Shown one piece after another: positions 17,373 through 26,289 of a stretch of DNA of 64,000 nt. The position numbers were made by a program, and so were the translations under genes. Below the pieces are notes generated by a model. That model made no database searches. It was given only the letters and a program-made list of their open reading frames with translations, and was not told where the DNA came from. This DNA is from Candidatus Thorarchaeota archaeon (GTDB lineage Archaea > Asgardarchaeota > Thorarchaeia > Thorarchaeales > Thorarchaeaceae), in the NCBI GenBank assembly GCA_020348985.1, contig CP070761.1:1553249-1617248 (forward strand). Direction: 5' to 3'. Numbering within the stretch: position 1 is the first letter of the stretch; every line of letters begins with the position of its first letter.

Positions 17373-18752
17373 TTAATAGAGGAATCTCACACCGAGGTCC
17401 GCAACCTCTTGCTTCACTCTTTCATATATCTCGTAGCACTCCTTTGAAGGTCTACCGGTCACAGGATCACAGCACTCTTGGAACGTTTTGCCCCTTGGTG
17501 GGTCACCAACCCTGTCAGCAAATCTCGGGATGATTCTCTTTACAATCTCGTTTGCATCATCCCTTGTGATACCAGCAGACGCGTAGGCAACCTCCGAGGC
17601 GAACATTGGCTCAATTGGTGTCAGATAATCTGTGTACTTCCCTCTGGCAACGCCTCCGGTCTCAATTGACCCTCCTGAAGATATTCCGCCAATGAATTCT
17701 GCAGCAAACTCGTAAAGCACCATCTCGGTACAGGGGCCCGCAGCAGTGTAGTTGTAATATAGCGCTGGCACCTGTGTATTCCTTGACACAGCCTGCAGGT
17801 ATTGGCTGGCCACCCAGATTAGCTCTGGTGTGGAACTTGAGGTATACTTGAGGTGGATCGGGAAGCACAGTGTCCAGGATGCGCCAAGGGTCATTATTGC
17901 CATTATGTGAAAAGCCGTGGACGTGATTGCTGTTCCTTCTGCTCCCCCTGCAAAGCCACCATAGATGGGACCATGAATCCCTGCGATTGGAACATTCAGT
18001 GATTGTAGAAGTGCTGCACGATTCAGCAAATCAAAATCTGTCTTTAGCTCAGCAAGCTGAGCAATCATGTATCCGTCTGTCTTCCGTAGTCCAAAATCGG
18101 GATGCAAACCTGAAGCAAGGGCGATAGCGGACTCTGCGGTCCCAATAGCATTCATGATGGGTAGTCCAGGTCGCCCAGCTCTTCTCAAAGCCTCCCGCCC
18201 CAGAACCACAGTTCGTATACTACCCTCGATTTCGAGTGGTGATTTCGCACGAATGCTCATATCGCCGACATTAGCCAGGCAGGGAGTGGTAATCGCGTTT
18301 GCAATCGGTATCAGTTCTGCATAGTTTTGAACAAGTTTCATGAACACGTTCTCACTAGACACAGTTACCCCCCCGGCCCCTGCGAAAATCCATGGTTTCT
18401 CCTTTGACTCTGGCTTCCTTGGTAGCAGAGTTCGTTGTTCCATACCCTCGCCCAGAAGTGCATGGTCAAAGGATGTGTTGATGCTGTCACGAACCTCCTT
18501 CTCTGTGAACGAGATTACTCGTTCAGTGTCCTTGTTGAATACTCCGATCTCGACGATAAGGTCAAAAGCTGCTTTGAATACTGAATCTGCTAGCCCGTCA
18601 TCAGAGGAAATCACGATGTTAGGATCGTACGTGACATCATATTCTTTAACAAGCTCTTGGACTCGCGGAGCAAAGATTCGCAAATCGTAGTCCTTTTCCA
18701 AGCAGGGCTTTCCTTCAAGAGACCTTCGAGTAATCTCCAGTATGTTCAGCAT
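17373..18752 (-). CDS. mtmB: Monomethylamine methyltransferase MtmB family, pyrrolysine-free homolog
   Basis: DDGLADSVFKA, DTERVISF, AGRPG, ELKTD, PIYGGFAGG, AGPCTEM, GKTFQECCD; uninterrupted 459-aa ORF. Confidence 0.88.
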   Translation of the reverse strand: MLNILEITRRSLEGKPCLEKDYDLRIFAPRVQELVKEYDVTYDPNIVISSDDGLADSVFKAAFDLIVEIGVFNKDTERVISFTEKEVRDSINTSFDHALLGEGMEQRTLLPRKPESKEKPWIFAGAGGVTVSSENVFMKLVQNYAELIPIANAITTPCLANVGDMSIRAKSPLEIEGSIRTVVLGREALRRAGRPGLPIMNAIGTAESAIALASGLHPDFGLRKTDGYMIAQLAELKTDFDLLNRAALLQSLNVPIAGIHGPIYGGFAGGAEGTAITSTAFHIMAIMTLGASWTLCFPIHLKYTSSSTPELIWVASQYLQAVSRNTQVPALYYNYTAAGPCTEMVLYEFAAEFIGGISSGGSIETGGVARGKYTDYLTPIEPMFASEVAYASAGITRDDANEIVKRIIPRFADRVGDPPRGKTFQECCDPVTGRPSKECYEIYERVKQEVADLGVRFLY

Positions 18753-18756
18753 TCAC

Positions 18757-19404
18757 TCATCCCTTCCTTTCCTCAATCAGTCTAATTGCTTCACGCACAG
18801 CCTCCGGCGCAGTCTCGGCAAAGCCATCAGCACCAATTTCATCAGCCCATTCCTGGTTAGTTGGGCCGCCGCCAACCATGACAATGAACCTGTCGCGTTT
18901 TCCAGTCTCCTGCAGATAGTCGATGACATCCTTTTGGCCGCCAAGAGTAGAAGTCATGAGAGCTGAGATTGCGATTATGTCGGCATCGATTTTCTCCGCC
19001 TCTTCCACGAACCTTGATGTTGCAACATCGCAGCCGAGGTCGGTCACCGCAAAACCATTAGCAACAAGCATGGCCTTGAGGATGTTCTTCCCAATCTCGT
19101 GAATATCACCACGAACCGTTCCAACCACGACTCTTCCTGCTACAGGTACTTCTTCTTTTGGCATCTTTGGTAGAATCACATCCAAAGCCGCCATCATAGC
19201 TTCTCCGGAAAGCATGAGATTTGTGAGGAATATCTCCATTCGCTCGAACTGCTCACCAACATGTTTGGCCCCTTCGGAAACACCCTTCTCAAGAGCCACC
19301 AAAGGACTGACGCCAGCTTCAAGAGCAGCTTCTGCGTATTGGGTGACTTTCTCAGCATCTCCTTCAATAATGGCTTCTTTCAGTTTGGCAATGTCTTCTG
19401 ACAT
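18757..19404 (-). CDS. Cognate corrinoid protein (MtmC/MttC-like)
   Basis: B12 cap (AIIEGDAE), GDIHEIGKN (DxHxxG), SALMTST, MVGGGP; start set at ATG 19404. Confidence 0.92.
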   Translation of the reverse strand: MSEDIAKLKEAIIEGDAEKVTQYAEAALEAGVSPLVALEKGVSEGAKHVGEQFERMEIFLTNLMLSGEAMMAALDVILPKMPKEEVPVAGRVVVGTVRGDIHEIGKNILKAMLVANGFAVTDLGCDVATSRFVEEAEKIDADIIAISALMTSTLGGQKDVIDYLQETGKRDRFIVMVGGGPTNQEWADEIGADGFAETAPEAVREAIRLIEERKG

Positions 19405-19443
19405 GTTCCTGACATCCATCGAGATAATGAGTAGACATCTGGA

Positions 19444-19490
19444 TGAACAGACACAAAAGCACTCCCAACACCTGTGAACACTCTTGAACA
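19444..19490 (-). promoter_or_regulatory. 47-bp operator/promoter element, copy 5 (upstream of the methyltransferase operon)
   Basis: Minus strand reads TGTTCA agag TGTTCA cagg TGTTGG gagtgcttttgtgtc TGTTCA. Confidence 0.8.
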
Positions 19491-19540
19491 AACTCGTTCT
19501 TCAAGAGTGCAATGTAATCCACAGTGAGTGTTAAATCGGA

Positions 19541-21376
19541 TTACCTAATATCCTTCAATCCGAGTCTCTCGACGGTTTCATCTGTGGGAATTCCATTCTT
19601 GTCCCAGCCGCGCAGCTCATAGAATCTGTCAAGACAGGCCTCAAAATCCGCTCTATCAACGAAAGAACGCATTCCCTCAGCAGGGCCAGAAGCAACTGGC
19701 TGCCAGAATCGTGGAGGGAGTTCATCATCCTTTCTTGAGACACCTTCTCTTACGTTGAATAGCCGAGTAAGGGTCTCTACTCTCTCTGCAAAGACCTTCA
19801 CACTTTCCTCATCGTATTCAAGTCCTGTGGCACCATTAAGCAAGCGAATCTTCTGATTATGGCTTAGAGGCAAGTGGTACGTAAAATGACATACAACAAG
19901 TGAATCTGTCAAGTGTTTCTCGTCCCTAGCCTTTGTCATGGATTCGACCACATCTATCGCTGACGAAATCGGCTTGTCAGTTGTTGATGGCCAACCTCTA
20001 AGGTGACTTGCACCTACTTCAGCAGTTGCATAGGAAAGACCCATCCCCTTCTTTCCTCGAGGGTCCCAAGCAGCCACAGATAGTCCCTTTACATGGACGG
20101 CAAGCTCTTCACTGCCTTTCCCAATTCTTTCAGCTGCTCTCCTCACACCGTTGGCCAAAATGTCACCAATGCCTTCTCTTCCGGCAATCATCTGGAGCAG
20201 TTCCATTGCCGCCGCACCATCGCCGAATCTCATGGAAAAGCCAAGATCATCTTCCGTTATGATGCCCCTTTCGAATGCCTCCATCGCAAACGCCAGAACT
20301 GAACCTGCCGCTATTGTGTCGATGCCGAGATCATCGCAAAGGTGATTGAGTTGGAGAAGGATATACGGATCGCTTATCCCCAGATTGCCACTCAACATAG
20401 CCTCAGTTTCATATTCGGAAGTTACCTCCACAGCCATCTTTGGAGCTCTCGGATCAGCTACCCTGTGAGCATGCGTACACCTCATTATGCACTGGGGACA
20501 TGACAAGTGCTGACCAGAATACCATTCATGCATAGCTTCAGGTTGCACCTTCTCGTTCTCTTCGAAAAAGCTTGTCTGCCAATTTCGTGTGGGAAACTGG
20601 CCACGTTCGTTGGAGACCTCAATAAGAAAAGATGTTCCATACCTCCTGAAGTCAAAATTCCATGCATCAGTGGCCATATCCTTCCATGAAGTAGTCACTT
20701 CACGATTGACTTCACTGATTGCATCGGAATCATATGCTTCAATCATACCAGAACCTCTGACCACAACTGCTTTGAGATTCTTTGACCCCATCACAGCTCC
20801 AGGACCACCTCGGCCTGTTTGATGAGCGAGTTCGGAGCCGGCCGCAGCAATCAGCGACAGATTCTCCCCTGCTGGACCTATGACATACACTATGTGATCG
20901 TCACCAAATCGCTCGCGTAGAATCCTGGTTGAATCGTGAATCCCTCTGCCCCAAAGGTCTTCTGCACTCTCTAGACGCAGAGAGTCATCTTCAAGAACAA
21001 GCACAGTAGGCTTGTCTGCCTTGCCTTTGACGCACAATACATCGTAGCCTGATTTCTTTATTTCCCTTCCCAGGGCGTGTCCACAATGTGAATCTAGGTA
21101 GAGCCCCGTGAGAGGTGACTTGGTCACTAACGTCCACCTGGCTACGCTAGGACCATTTAGCCCTTGCATAGGTCCTGTGAGGAAGAACAGAACATTCTCT
21201 GGCCTAAGGGGGTCGACTCCTGCTTCCAGTTCTCTATACAGTAGGTATGCTCCAAGTCCCTTTCCGCCCAGGAATTGCTCGTAGACACTTGTATCAAGGC
21301 TCTCCTCATTTGTGGATCCTGTTGACAAATCAACCCAAAGGATTTTGCCAGTCCAACATTCATGTGTCATGTCCAA
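19541..21376 (-). CDS. aor: Tungsten-dependent aldehyde:ferredoxin oxidoreductase family protein
   Basis: LGGKGLG, KSPLTG, IGPAGEN, GRGGPGAVMGSKNLKA, CPQCIMRC, EYET, CDDLGIDT, DPRG. Confidence 0.92.
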   Translation of the reverse strand: MDMTHECWTGKILWVDLSTGSTNEESLDTSVYEQFLGGKGLGAYLLYRELEAGVDPLRPENVLFFLTGPMQGLNGPSVARWTLVTKSPLTGLYLDSHCGHALGREIKKSGYDVLCVKGKADKPTVLVLEDDSLRLESAEDLWGRGIHDSTRILRERFGDDHIVYVIGPAGENLSLIAAAGSELAHQTGRGGPGAVMGSKNLKAVVVRGSGMIEAYDSDAISEVNREVTTSWKDMATDAWNFDFRRYGTSFLIEVSNERGQFPTRNWQTSFFEENEKVQPEAMHEWYSGQHLSCPQCIMRCTHAHRVADPRAPKMAVEVTSEYETEAMLSGNLGISDPYILLQLNHLCDDLGIDTIAAGSVLAFAMEAFERGIITEDDLGFSMRFGDGAAAMELLQMIAGREGIGDILANGVRRAAERIGKGSEELAVHVKGLSVAAWDPRGKKGMGLSYATAEVGASHLRGWPSTTDKPISSAIDVVESMTKARDEKHLTDSLVVCHFTYHLPLSHNQKIRLLNGATGLEYDEESVKVFAERVETLTRLFNVREGVSRKDDELPPRFWQPVASGPAEGMRSFVDRADFEACLDRFYELRGWDKNGIPTDETVERLGLKDIR

Positions 21377-21403
21377 TCTCTCCGAATAGAAGGGTCACAT
21401 AGA

Positions 21404-21550
21404 CTATGAAACATCAATCCTTTTGATCTCATCCAGTTCCATGTCCCTCAAGTGAGTCAGTAATGCCATCATCACATCGTGAATGACATTGTTCACAAAC
21501 TCATTCATTGGAACCCTCTTTCCTTTCACATATAGCTCGATTGGAGGCAT
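21404..21550 (-). CDS. Small protein (48 aa) resembling the C-terminal domain of archaeal MobB
   Basis: Manual translation MPPIELYVKGKRVPMNEFVNNVIHDVMMALLTHLRDMELDEIKRIDVS; directly upstream of and co-oriented with aor. Confidence 0.6.
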   Translation of the reverse strand: MPPIELYVKGKRVPMNEFVNNVIHDVMMALLTHLRDMELDEIKRIDVS

Positions 21551-21723
21551 TGAGTGTGTCACCAACCTCAGATGATTGAAGACGGGTTTTTCTCTCTTTG
21601 GATGGGTTTATTTCTCTTCTTACGGGTCGGCAGAAGCCTTGCTTCAAAGCGCCCTCCGAATGGTTAATATACCGCCCCCATTTCAGACCCAGCCACGATA
21701 GAAGACCACTCTAGTAGAGAGGA

Positions 21724-23697
21724 ATGAGAATGGCTGACTCTGTTTCATCAATTCTGTCGCGTAGAACCCAGGAAGGAGAAACCTACGAGCCTATAGGCAG
21801 ACTAGCAGGCATTGGTTCTCTACTTGGAATACTTGCAGCAGCAATTGGGCTGCTGATGAGTGCTGGAACGTCATTGCTTCCAATCCCGTCCATTGGCGCA
21901 CTGATTCTGAGGAACCCCGATCACTACTTTTGGTCAGCAGTGTTCATGGGTGTGCTGGGAGTAAGTGCCTTGTTGCAGGCTTTTGGGTCTAAAGGTCTCA
22001 GAAAATACTTGGACTCAGGATATACGAACATTCTGTTTGCAATTGCAGGGATAGCTCTGGTGACAGCCATCTTCGCAGTACTAGGCGGAATTACACTGTA
22101 TCGGCCACGCCAAGTAGTAGACTATGTCGTAAATCTGATGTCATTGGGAGCCTTCTTTGCGATTACGTGGCAACTGATTTCAATCACTTATGTTGATTCA
22201 ACCGATTCGTGGATAGGATTCCTCGCAGGCATTCTTAATGCTATGTTCGTCCCATTTCTGGCACTTGGACAAGGGCTCAGCTCAACATTCACTTTCCTGG
22301 CGTACTTCGTTCTGTTGCTGGGACAACTATTTGCTCTACTATTCTGGTGGTCGCCAATGAGTATTGTCAGAGAATATGCTCGAAGCACGTCAAAGGCAAA
22401 GTTCGCCTTTGGTTTGGCGGGGCTTTTCTCATTCTTGTATGCTATTGTCCCGATTCTGATAGGACCGTTGTCGATCATAGAGGGCAGTGAAGTCTGGACG
22501 CCTTGGAGCACGATGCTCGACGAAACGCTGTTTGTCACTGACCCTGTCCTTATCTTCGGCCTAATGTCGGTCATGCTATTTTGGGTCATGCTCGGACCAC
22601 GTCTTGGTGCGAGAGAACTCAAGGTCGCACATGTTGGTGAAGACATAGTCAAAGGTGGCCCAAAGTGGTTTATGGCACTCCTTGCTATGATCGGCATTTT
22701 CGCGGCATCTCAGGCAGGGTCCATGGTGGCTGCCGTTGTGCCTAGCTATGGGCTGGCTCTCGCATTGAGTCCTGCTGCGGTTACGTTCATGATGGGCGCC
22801 ATATATGCAGGGCGAACAGACATCATAACCGGACTTCCTCTGGTTGTGCTCGGAGTGATGTTCTTGGTGCATCCGAATGTGCTGTCCATGTTCGTCATTG
22901 TCCCGCTCGTGCTTGTGATAATCACACAAGTCTTCTTGACCGTTGAAACCAGAATCAGAGGCTTCACCGGATTCTCACAGGGAGCTTTGACAGTCATTGC
23001 CACCGTCATCGCATCGGGAATCTTCATCCTATTCCTTTTGGGCGGGTTTGGAAGTGGGCCTGCGGCTATGTGGCCTGTTAACAGATGGTACCCAGTCGCT
23101 TTGATTCCTGGGATCTCTGTTCAAGTTCAGATGGCTACTATTATCACCTTGCCCTTCCTTGCACTGCTGATACGGAATGTATCTCTGGTTGGCTATGCCC
23201 ATGGTCGAGGAATGGCGGGGTCTGACTCCCTGGGTGCTATGAGCATTCTATTTGCTTTTCTGATTCCCATGATTGGTGATCCGACTGCCACTGTTACACA
23301 CAAGGCACTGACCGCGGCATCAATCCTGCTAGCACTCTATGCCATCAGTTTCGTGCTTGTTTTATCCCTGAATCTAAACCTTGCAGGTGAGGTAGAGGAC
23401 ACGGGCAACCCTTACGAAGGGATGTTGATCAGAATGTCTGCTATTGTGGGTATTGCGTTTGGTTCGATTGTTGCCATAATCACAATGGCCACATTCTCTC
23501 AGTTCTACGTACGGCCGGCTGACGCAGCACTTGTGATTACACTACTTGTAACGCTAGTCGTTGGACTAGAGGTTCTTGGTCTGGCTACCTGGCTCATTAC
23601 GGGTGTAAGACTAGGAATGCTGAGAAGCGGCTGGAAGTACGTTTCCGCCGAGGAAGCAGCACGAAGGGCAGAGATGATAGTACCACTGGCAGAATAG
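21724..23697 (+). CDS. Large polytopic membrane protein, unknown function
   Basis: 657-aa ORF that is almost entirely hydrophobic helices. Confidence 0.8.
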   Translation: MRMADSVSSILSRRTQEGETYEPIGRLAGIGSLLGILAAAIGLLMSAGTSLLPIPSIGALILRNPDHYFWSAVFMGVLGVSALLQAFGSKGLRKYLDSGYTNILFAIAGIALVTAIFAVLGGITLYRPRQVVDYVVNLMSLGAFFAITWQLISITYVDSTDSWIGFLAGILNAMFVPFLALGQGLSSTFTFLAYFVLLLGQLFALLFWWSPMSIVREYARSTSKAKFAFGLAGLFSFLYAIVPILIGPLSIIEGSEVWTPWSTMLDETLFVTDPVLIFGLMSVMLFWVMLGPRLGARELKVAHVGEDIVKGGPKWFMALLAMIGIFAASQAGSMVAAVVPSYGLALALSPAAVTFMMGAIYAGRTDIITGLPLVVLGVMFLVHPNVLSMFVIVPLVLVIITQVFLTVETRIRGFTGFSQGALTVIATVIASGIFILFLLGGFGSGPAAMWPVNRWYPVALIPGISVQVQMATIITLPFLALLIRNVSLVGYAHGRGMAGSDSLGAMSILFAFLIPMIGDPTATVTHKALTAASILLALYAISFVLVLSLNLNLAGEVEDTGNPYEGMLIRMSAIVGIAFGSIVAIITMATFSQFYVRPADAALVITLLVTLVVGLEVLGLATWLITGVRLGMLRSGWKYVSAEEAARRAEMIVPLAE

Positions 23698-23812
23698 AGG
23701 GTAGGTGAAGCAGCTCACCTTCACACCGGCGTTTCGTAATAAGCAAAGGTGCCGCATGTGGTCATCAAGAGCACTAATAGGTAGTTCAAGAATAGATTGC
23801 CGGAAGCACTAC

Positions 23813-24565
23813 TCACCACTTGTCATGAACATGCTTCTTCATTATGAAATCATCAACGGCATCAACTGCCAATTGGGGTAGATCAGTTATGACACCGTCA
23901 ACCCCCATCATCAATTGCTCGGTAATCAGCTCTTCATCGTTTATTGACCACGGATAGACCTTCAGACCAGCTTCGTGCGATGATTTGACGAGCTCCTCTG
24001 TCACAAGCCAGAAGAGGGGGTTAACTGCATTTGCGTGAAGATTGCCTGCATACTTGGCCAGTTGGTCTATCTCAGTAGAAACCAAGACTGCTGTCACTGC
24101 ATCATCATTCAGGGCTCTGATGATACCCAAGCTGGGGTGATTGAACGATGAGAAGATGACTTGATCAAGCATGTCGGTTTCAATGACCAAGTTGACCGCT
24201 GCCTCTTCGATGCCAGTGGCCTTCAACTCAATGTTGACACCAAATCGTCCGCGAGCAAATCTCAAGACTTCCTCGAGGAGTGGAACCTTTTCACCACACC
24301 CTGCATCGAGGTTGAAAAGAACATCCAGGGTTGTCTCATCTACATTCCCGACCCCGTCTGTGGTTCTTGAGAGCTCTCTGTCGTGCATACAGACAAGGTA
24401 TCCATCCGATGTACTCCAAACATCAGTTTCTATCATGTCTACGCCCATTTGCCAAGCAACTCGAAAAGACTTCATCGTATTCTCAGGTGCATGCCCTGCG
24501 GCACCCCTATGTCCAATCACAATGATTTCTCTCAGACCCTCATCTCCAAGATATCCAAGTTTCAA
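23813..24565 (-). CDS. Glycerophosphodiester phosphodiesterase
   Basis: GHRGA, PENT, IETDV, HD, NIELK, GVDGVITD. Confidence 0.92.
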   Translation of the reverse strand: MKLGYLGDEGLREIIVIGHRGAAGHAPENTMKSFRVAWQMGVDMIETDVWSTSDGYLVCMHDRELSRTTDGVGNVDETTLDVLFNLDAGCGEKVPLLEEVLRFARGRFGVNIELKATGIEEAAVNLVIETDMLDQVIFSSFNHPSLGIIRALNDDAVTAVLVSTEIDQLAKYAGNLHANAVNPLFWLVTEELVKSSHEAGLKVYPWSINDEELITEQLMMGVDGVITDLPQLAVDAVDDFIMKKHVHDKW

Positions 24566-24584
24566 AGCATCACGGGGCTGTTAT

Positions 24585-24890
24585 TCAATCATCAGGTCGA
24601 GCAAGACCAGTTCCGCCGCACCGCGGACAGGTTTCCGTGCCCTCTATTCCCTTTATCCTTCCTGACCCGCCGCAGTAGTAGCAGTCAGCTGAAGGGACGT
24701 CGAGTGATTTGTCAAAACCCTTGGCTACCGCGCTTCCTAGGCCAATCAGAACAGCGGCTATGAACATAGTCACAAGGGACACAATGTAAAACTCCGCAAT
24801 CGGATAAAGTATGAAAGCTGCAGCTAGGAACAAGAAGACTCCAGAGATAGCCAATAGGAGACCTTTCCTTGCCCGATCCATAGGAAACAC
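24585..24890 (-). CDS. Small 2-TM protein with DnaJ-type CxxCxGxG zinc finger
   Basis: Two TM helices, then CYYCGGSG...CPRCGGTG. Confidence 0.8.
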   Translation of the reverse strand: MFPMDRARKGLLLAISGVFLFLAAAFILYPIAEFYIVSLVTMFIAAVLIGLGSAVAKGFDKSLDVPSADCYYCGGSGRIKGIEGTETCPRCGGTGLARPDD

Positions 24891-25042
24891 CTTGATTGCG
24901 GCTGGAGTGATTTCCGAAGCCGACCCTTCAGGTAGAATCGCAGGCGACTCTCAACCCGCCTATGCTAAATACATTACGGCAGTGGATTTGATTGATGTCC
25001 CTAAGAGAGAACTCAAAAACAATTCAACTCCGCTTCATTAAG

Positions 25043-25234
25043 GTGAACACAATTCCCGTAGTCATTGACCATACTTGTTGCACAGGCTGCGGGGACTGTG
25101 TCAAATCCTGTAGATACGGTGTCTTCGAAAAACTCGACGAGACTCCGGAAGTCGCCCATATTCAGTTTTGTAAAGATTGCGGAACTTGCGTTGAGGATTG
25201 CCCAACCCAATGCATTTCCTTCCGAAATGACTAG
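25043..25234 (+). CDS. 2x[4Fe-4S] ferredoxin
   Basis: CTGCGDCVKSC and CKDCGTCVEDCP; GTG start at 25043 preferred (ORF track 24992). Confidence 0.85.
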   Translation: MNTIPVVIDHTCCTGCGDCVKSCRYGVFEKLDETPEVAHIQFCKDCGTCVEDCPTQCISFRND

Positions 25235-25371
25235 GTACAAAGGCTCCTAGAACGAAGGAAAGAGTATAGGTTTCACTTTAAAGAGAAGTGTGAAACACAT
25301 CGTGATAACATTCAAAGACAAGAGATAATAGAATATGAGAGTCTGTAGAGCGTTAGCGGACTGGAAGGACA

Positions 25372-26289
25372 ATGTCAACAAAGGACTTGTTTACGAAGTA
25401 CACTCAGCTGTACCAGAAGGGGCGTGCTAGAGAGATTGTTCCTGAAGGACCCTTCGTACGTCAACTCACCGACGTTCCAAGGCAAGGACTCGACCTTGCG
25501 CTCTTCTTCAAGGCAAAGAGAGTGAAGAACACAAGGCAGATTCACATCGGCGACCCAGTACCACCCGTAGTTGCCAGAGAAGAGGGTTTCTTGGAAACAG
25601 ATGATAATACCTTCCTCAGCCGGACACTATTGTCAGAATTCAGGACGGTGGATTATCTCAAGGCAGTGATATCGGCTGGCAAAAGACTTGAGGAGACCCG
25701 CGAGAGAGTCCAGTTTCTCAAAACCTGTCAAAGGATTATCGATGTTCTCCTCAGAAAAGCAAGAAACGTGGTGCACCTGGGCGATTTCGAGCCTTTTAGA
25801 TTTGACAGGCGTGTGTTTACCATAGAGGAGTACCTGAGCAAGAGAACCAAACTCGACAAGGTGGCAATTGAAGCCGCTTCAATCTCCTTTCATGTAGCTG
25901 AGCCCGACTACATTCTGATGCCTACTGGGGAGATCATAGTCTTCAACGACACATATAGCGTGCCTCATGGTGTGTTCTACTTTGCAGGTGGAATAGGATA
26001 CACATTCGACCAAGCCGAGGGTGCCGCTAGCGAGGAAAGGGTCTTCAGGTCTCAAGAAGACCTGAGTCTGCACGGAATTGACAGCGCTTACCTTGAGGGC
26101 ATGATGCTCAGTGTAACTGAGGATTTCCAGACCAGAGTTCACTCCATAATCTATGCAGATGTATGGAAGAAGGTCAAGTCACGTCCTATCGGAGTTAACT
26201 TTGGAGAGCAACTTCTCATTAAGGCAGACCCTGGTAGCGAGATTTGGATGGGTGTATTCGAGATATACCTCGCCCCGCCTAGAACATGA
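25372..26289 (+). CDS. Hypothetical protein
   Basis: 305-aa ORF with ATG start; no recognisable motif. Confidence 0.7.
   Translation: MSTKDLFTKYTQLYQKGRAREIVPEGPFVRQLTDVPRQGLDLALFFKAKRVKNTRQIHIGDPVPPVVAREEGFLETDDNTFLSRTLLSEFRTVDYLKAVISAGKRLEETRERVQFLKTCQRIIDVLLRKARNVVHLGDFEPFRFDRRVFTIEEYLSKRTKLDKVAIEAASISFHVAEPDYILMPTGEIIVFNDTYSVPHGVFYFAGGIGYTFDQAEGAASEERVFRSQEDLSLHGIDSAYLEGMMLSVTEDFQTRVHSIIYADVWKKVKSRPIGVNFGEQLLIKADPGSEIWMGVFEIYLAPPRT

Noticed and set aside
17373-18752. Pyrrolysine recoding of mtmB
   Set aside because: No in-frame UAG; the ORF is full length and ends in TAA; no pyl genes in the window.
19541-21720. aor as a direct member of the 47-bp regulon
   Set aside because: Only an isolated TGTTCA inside the small upstream ORF; no composite element.
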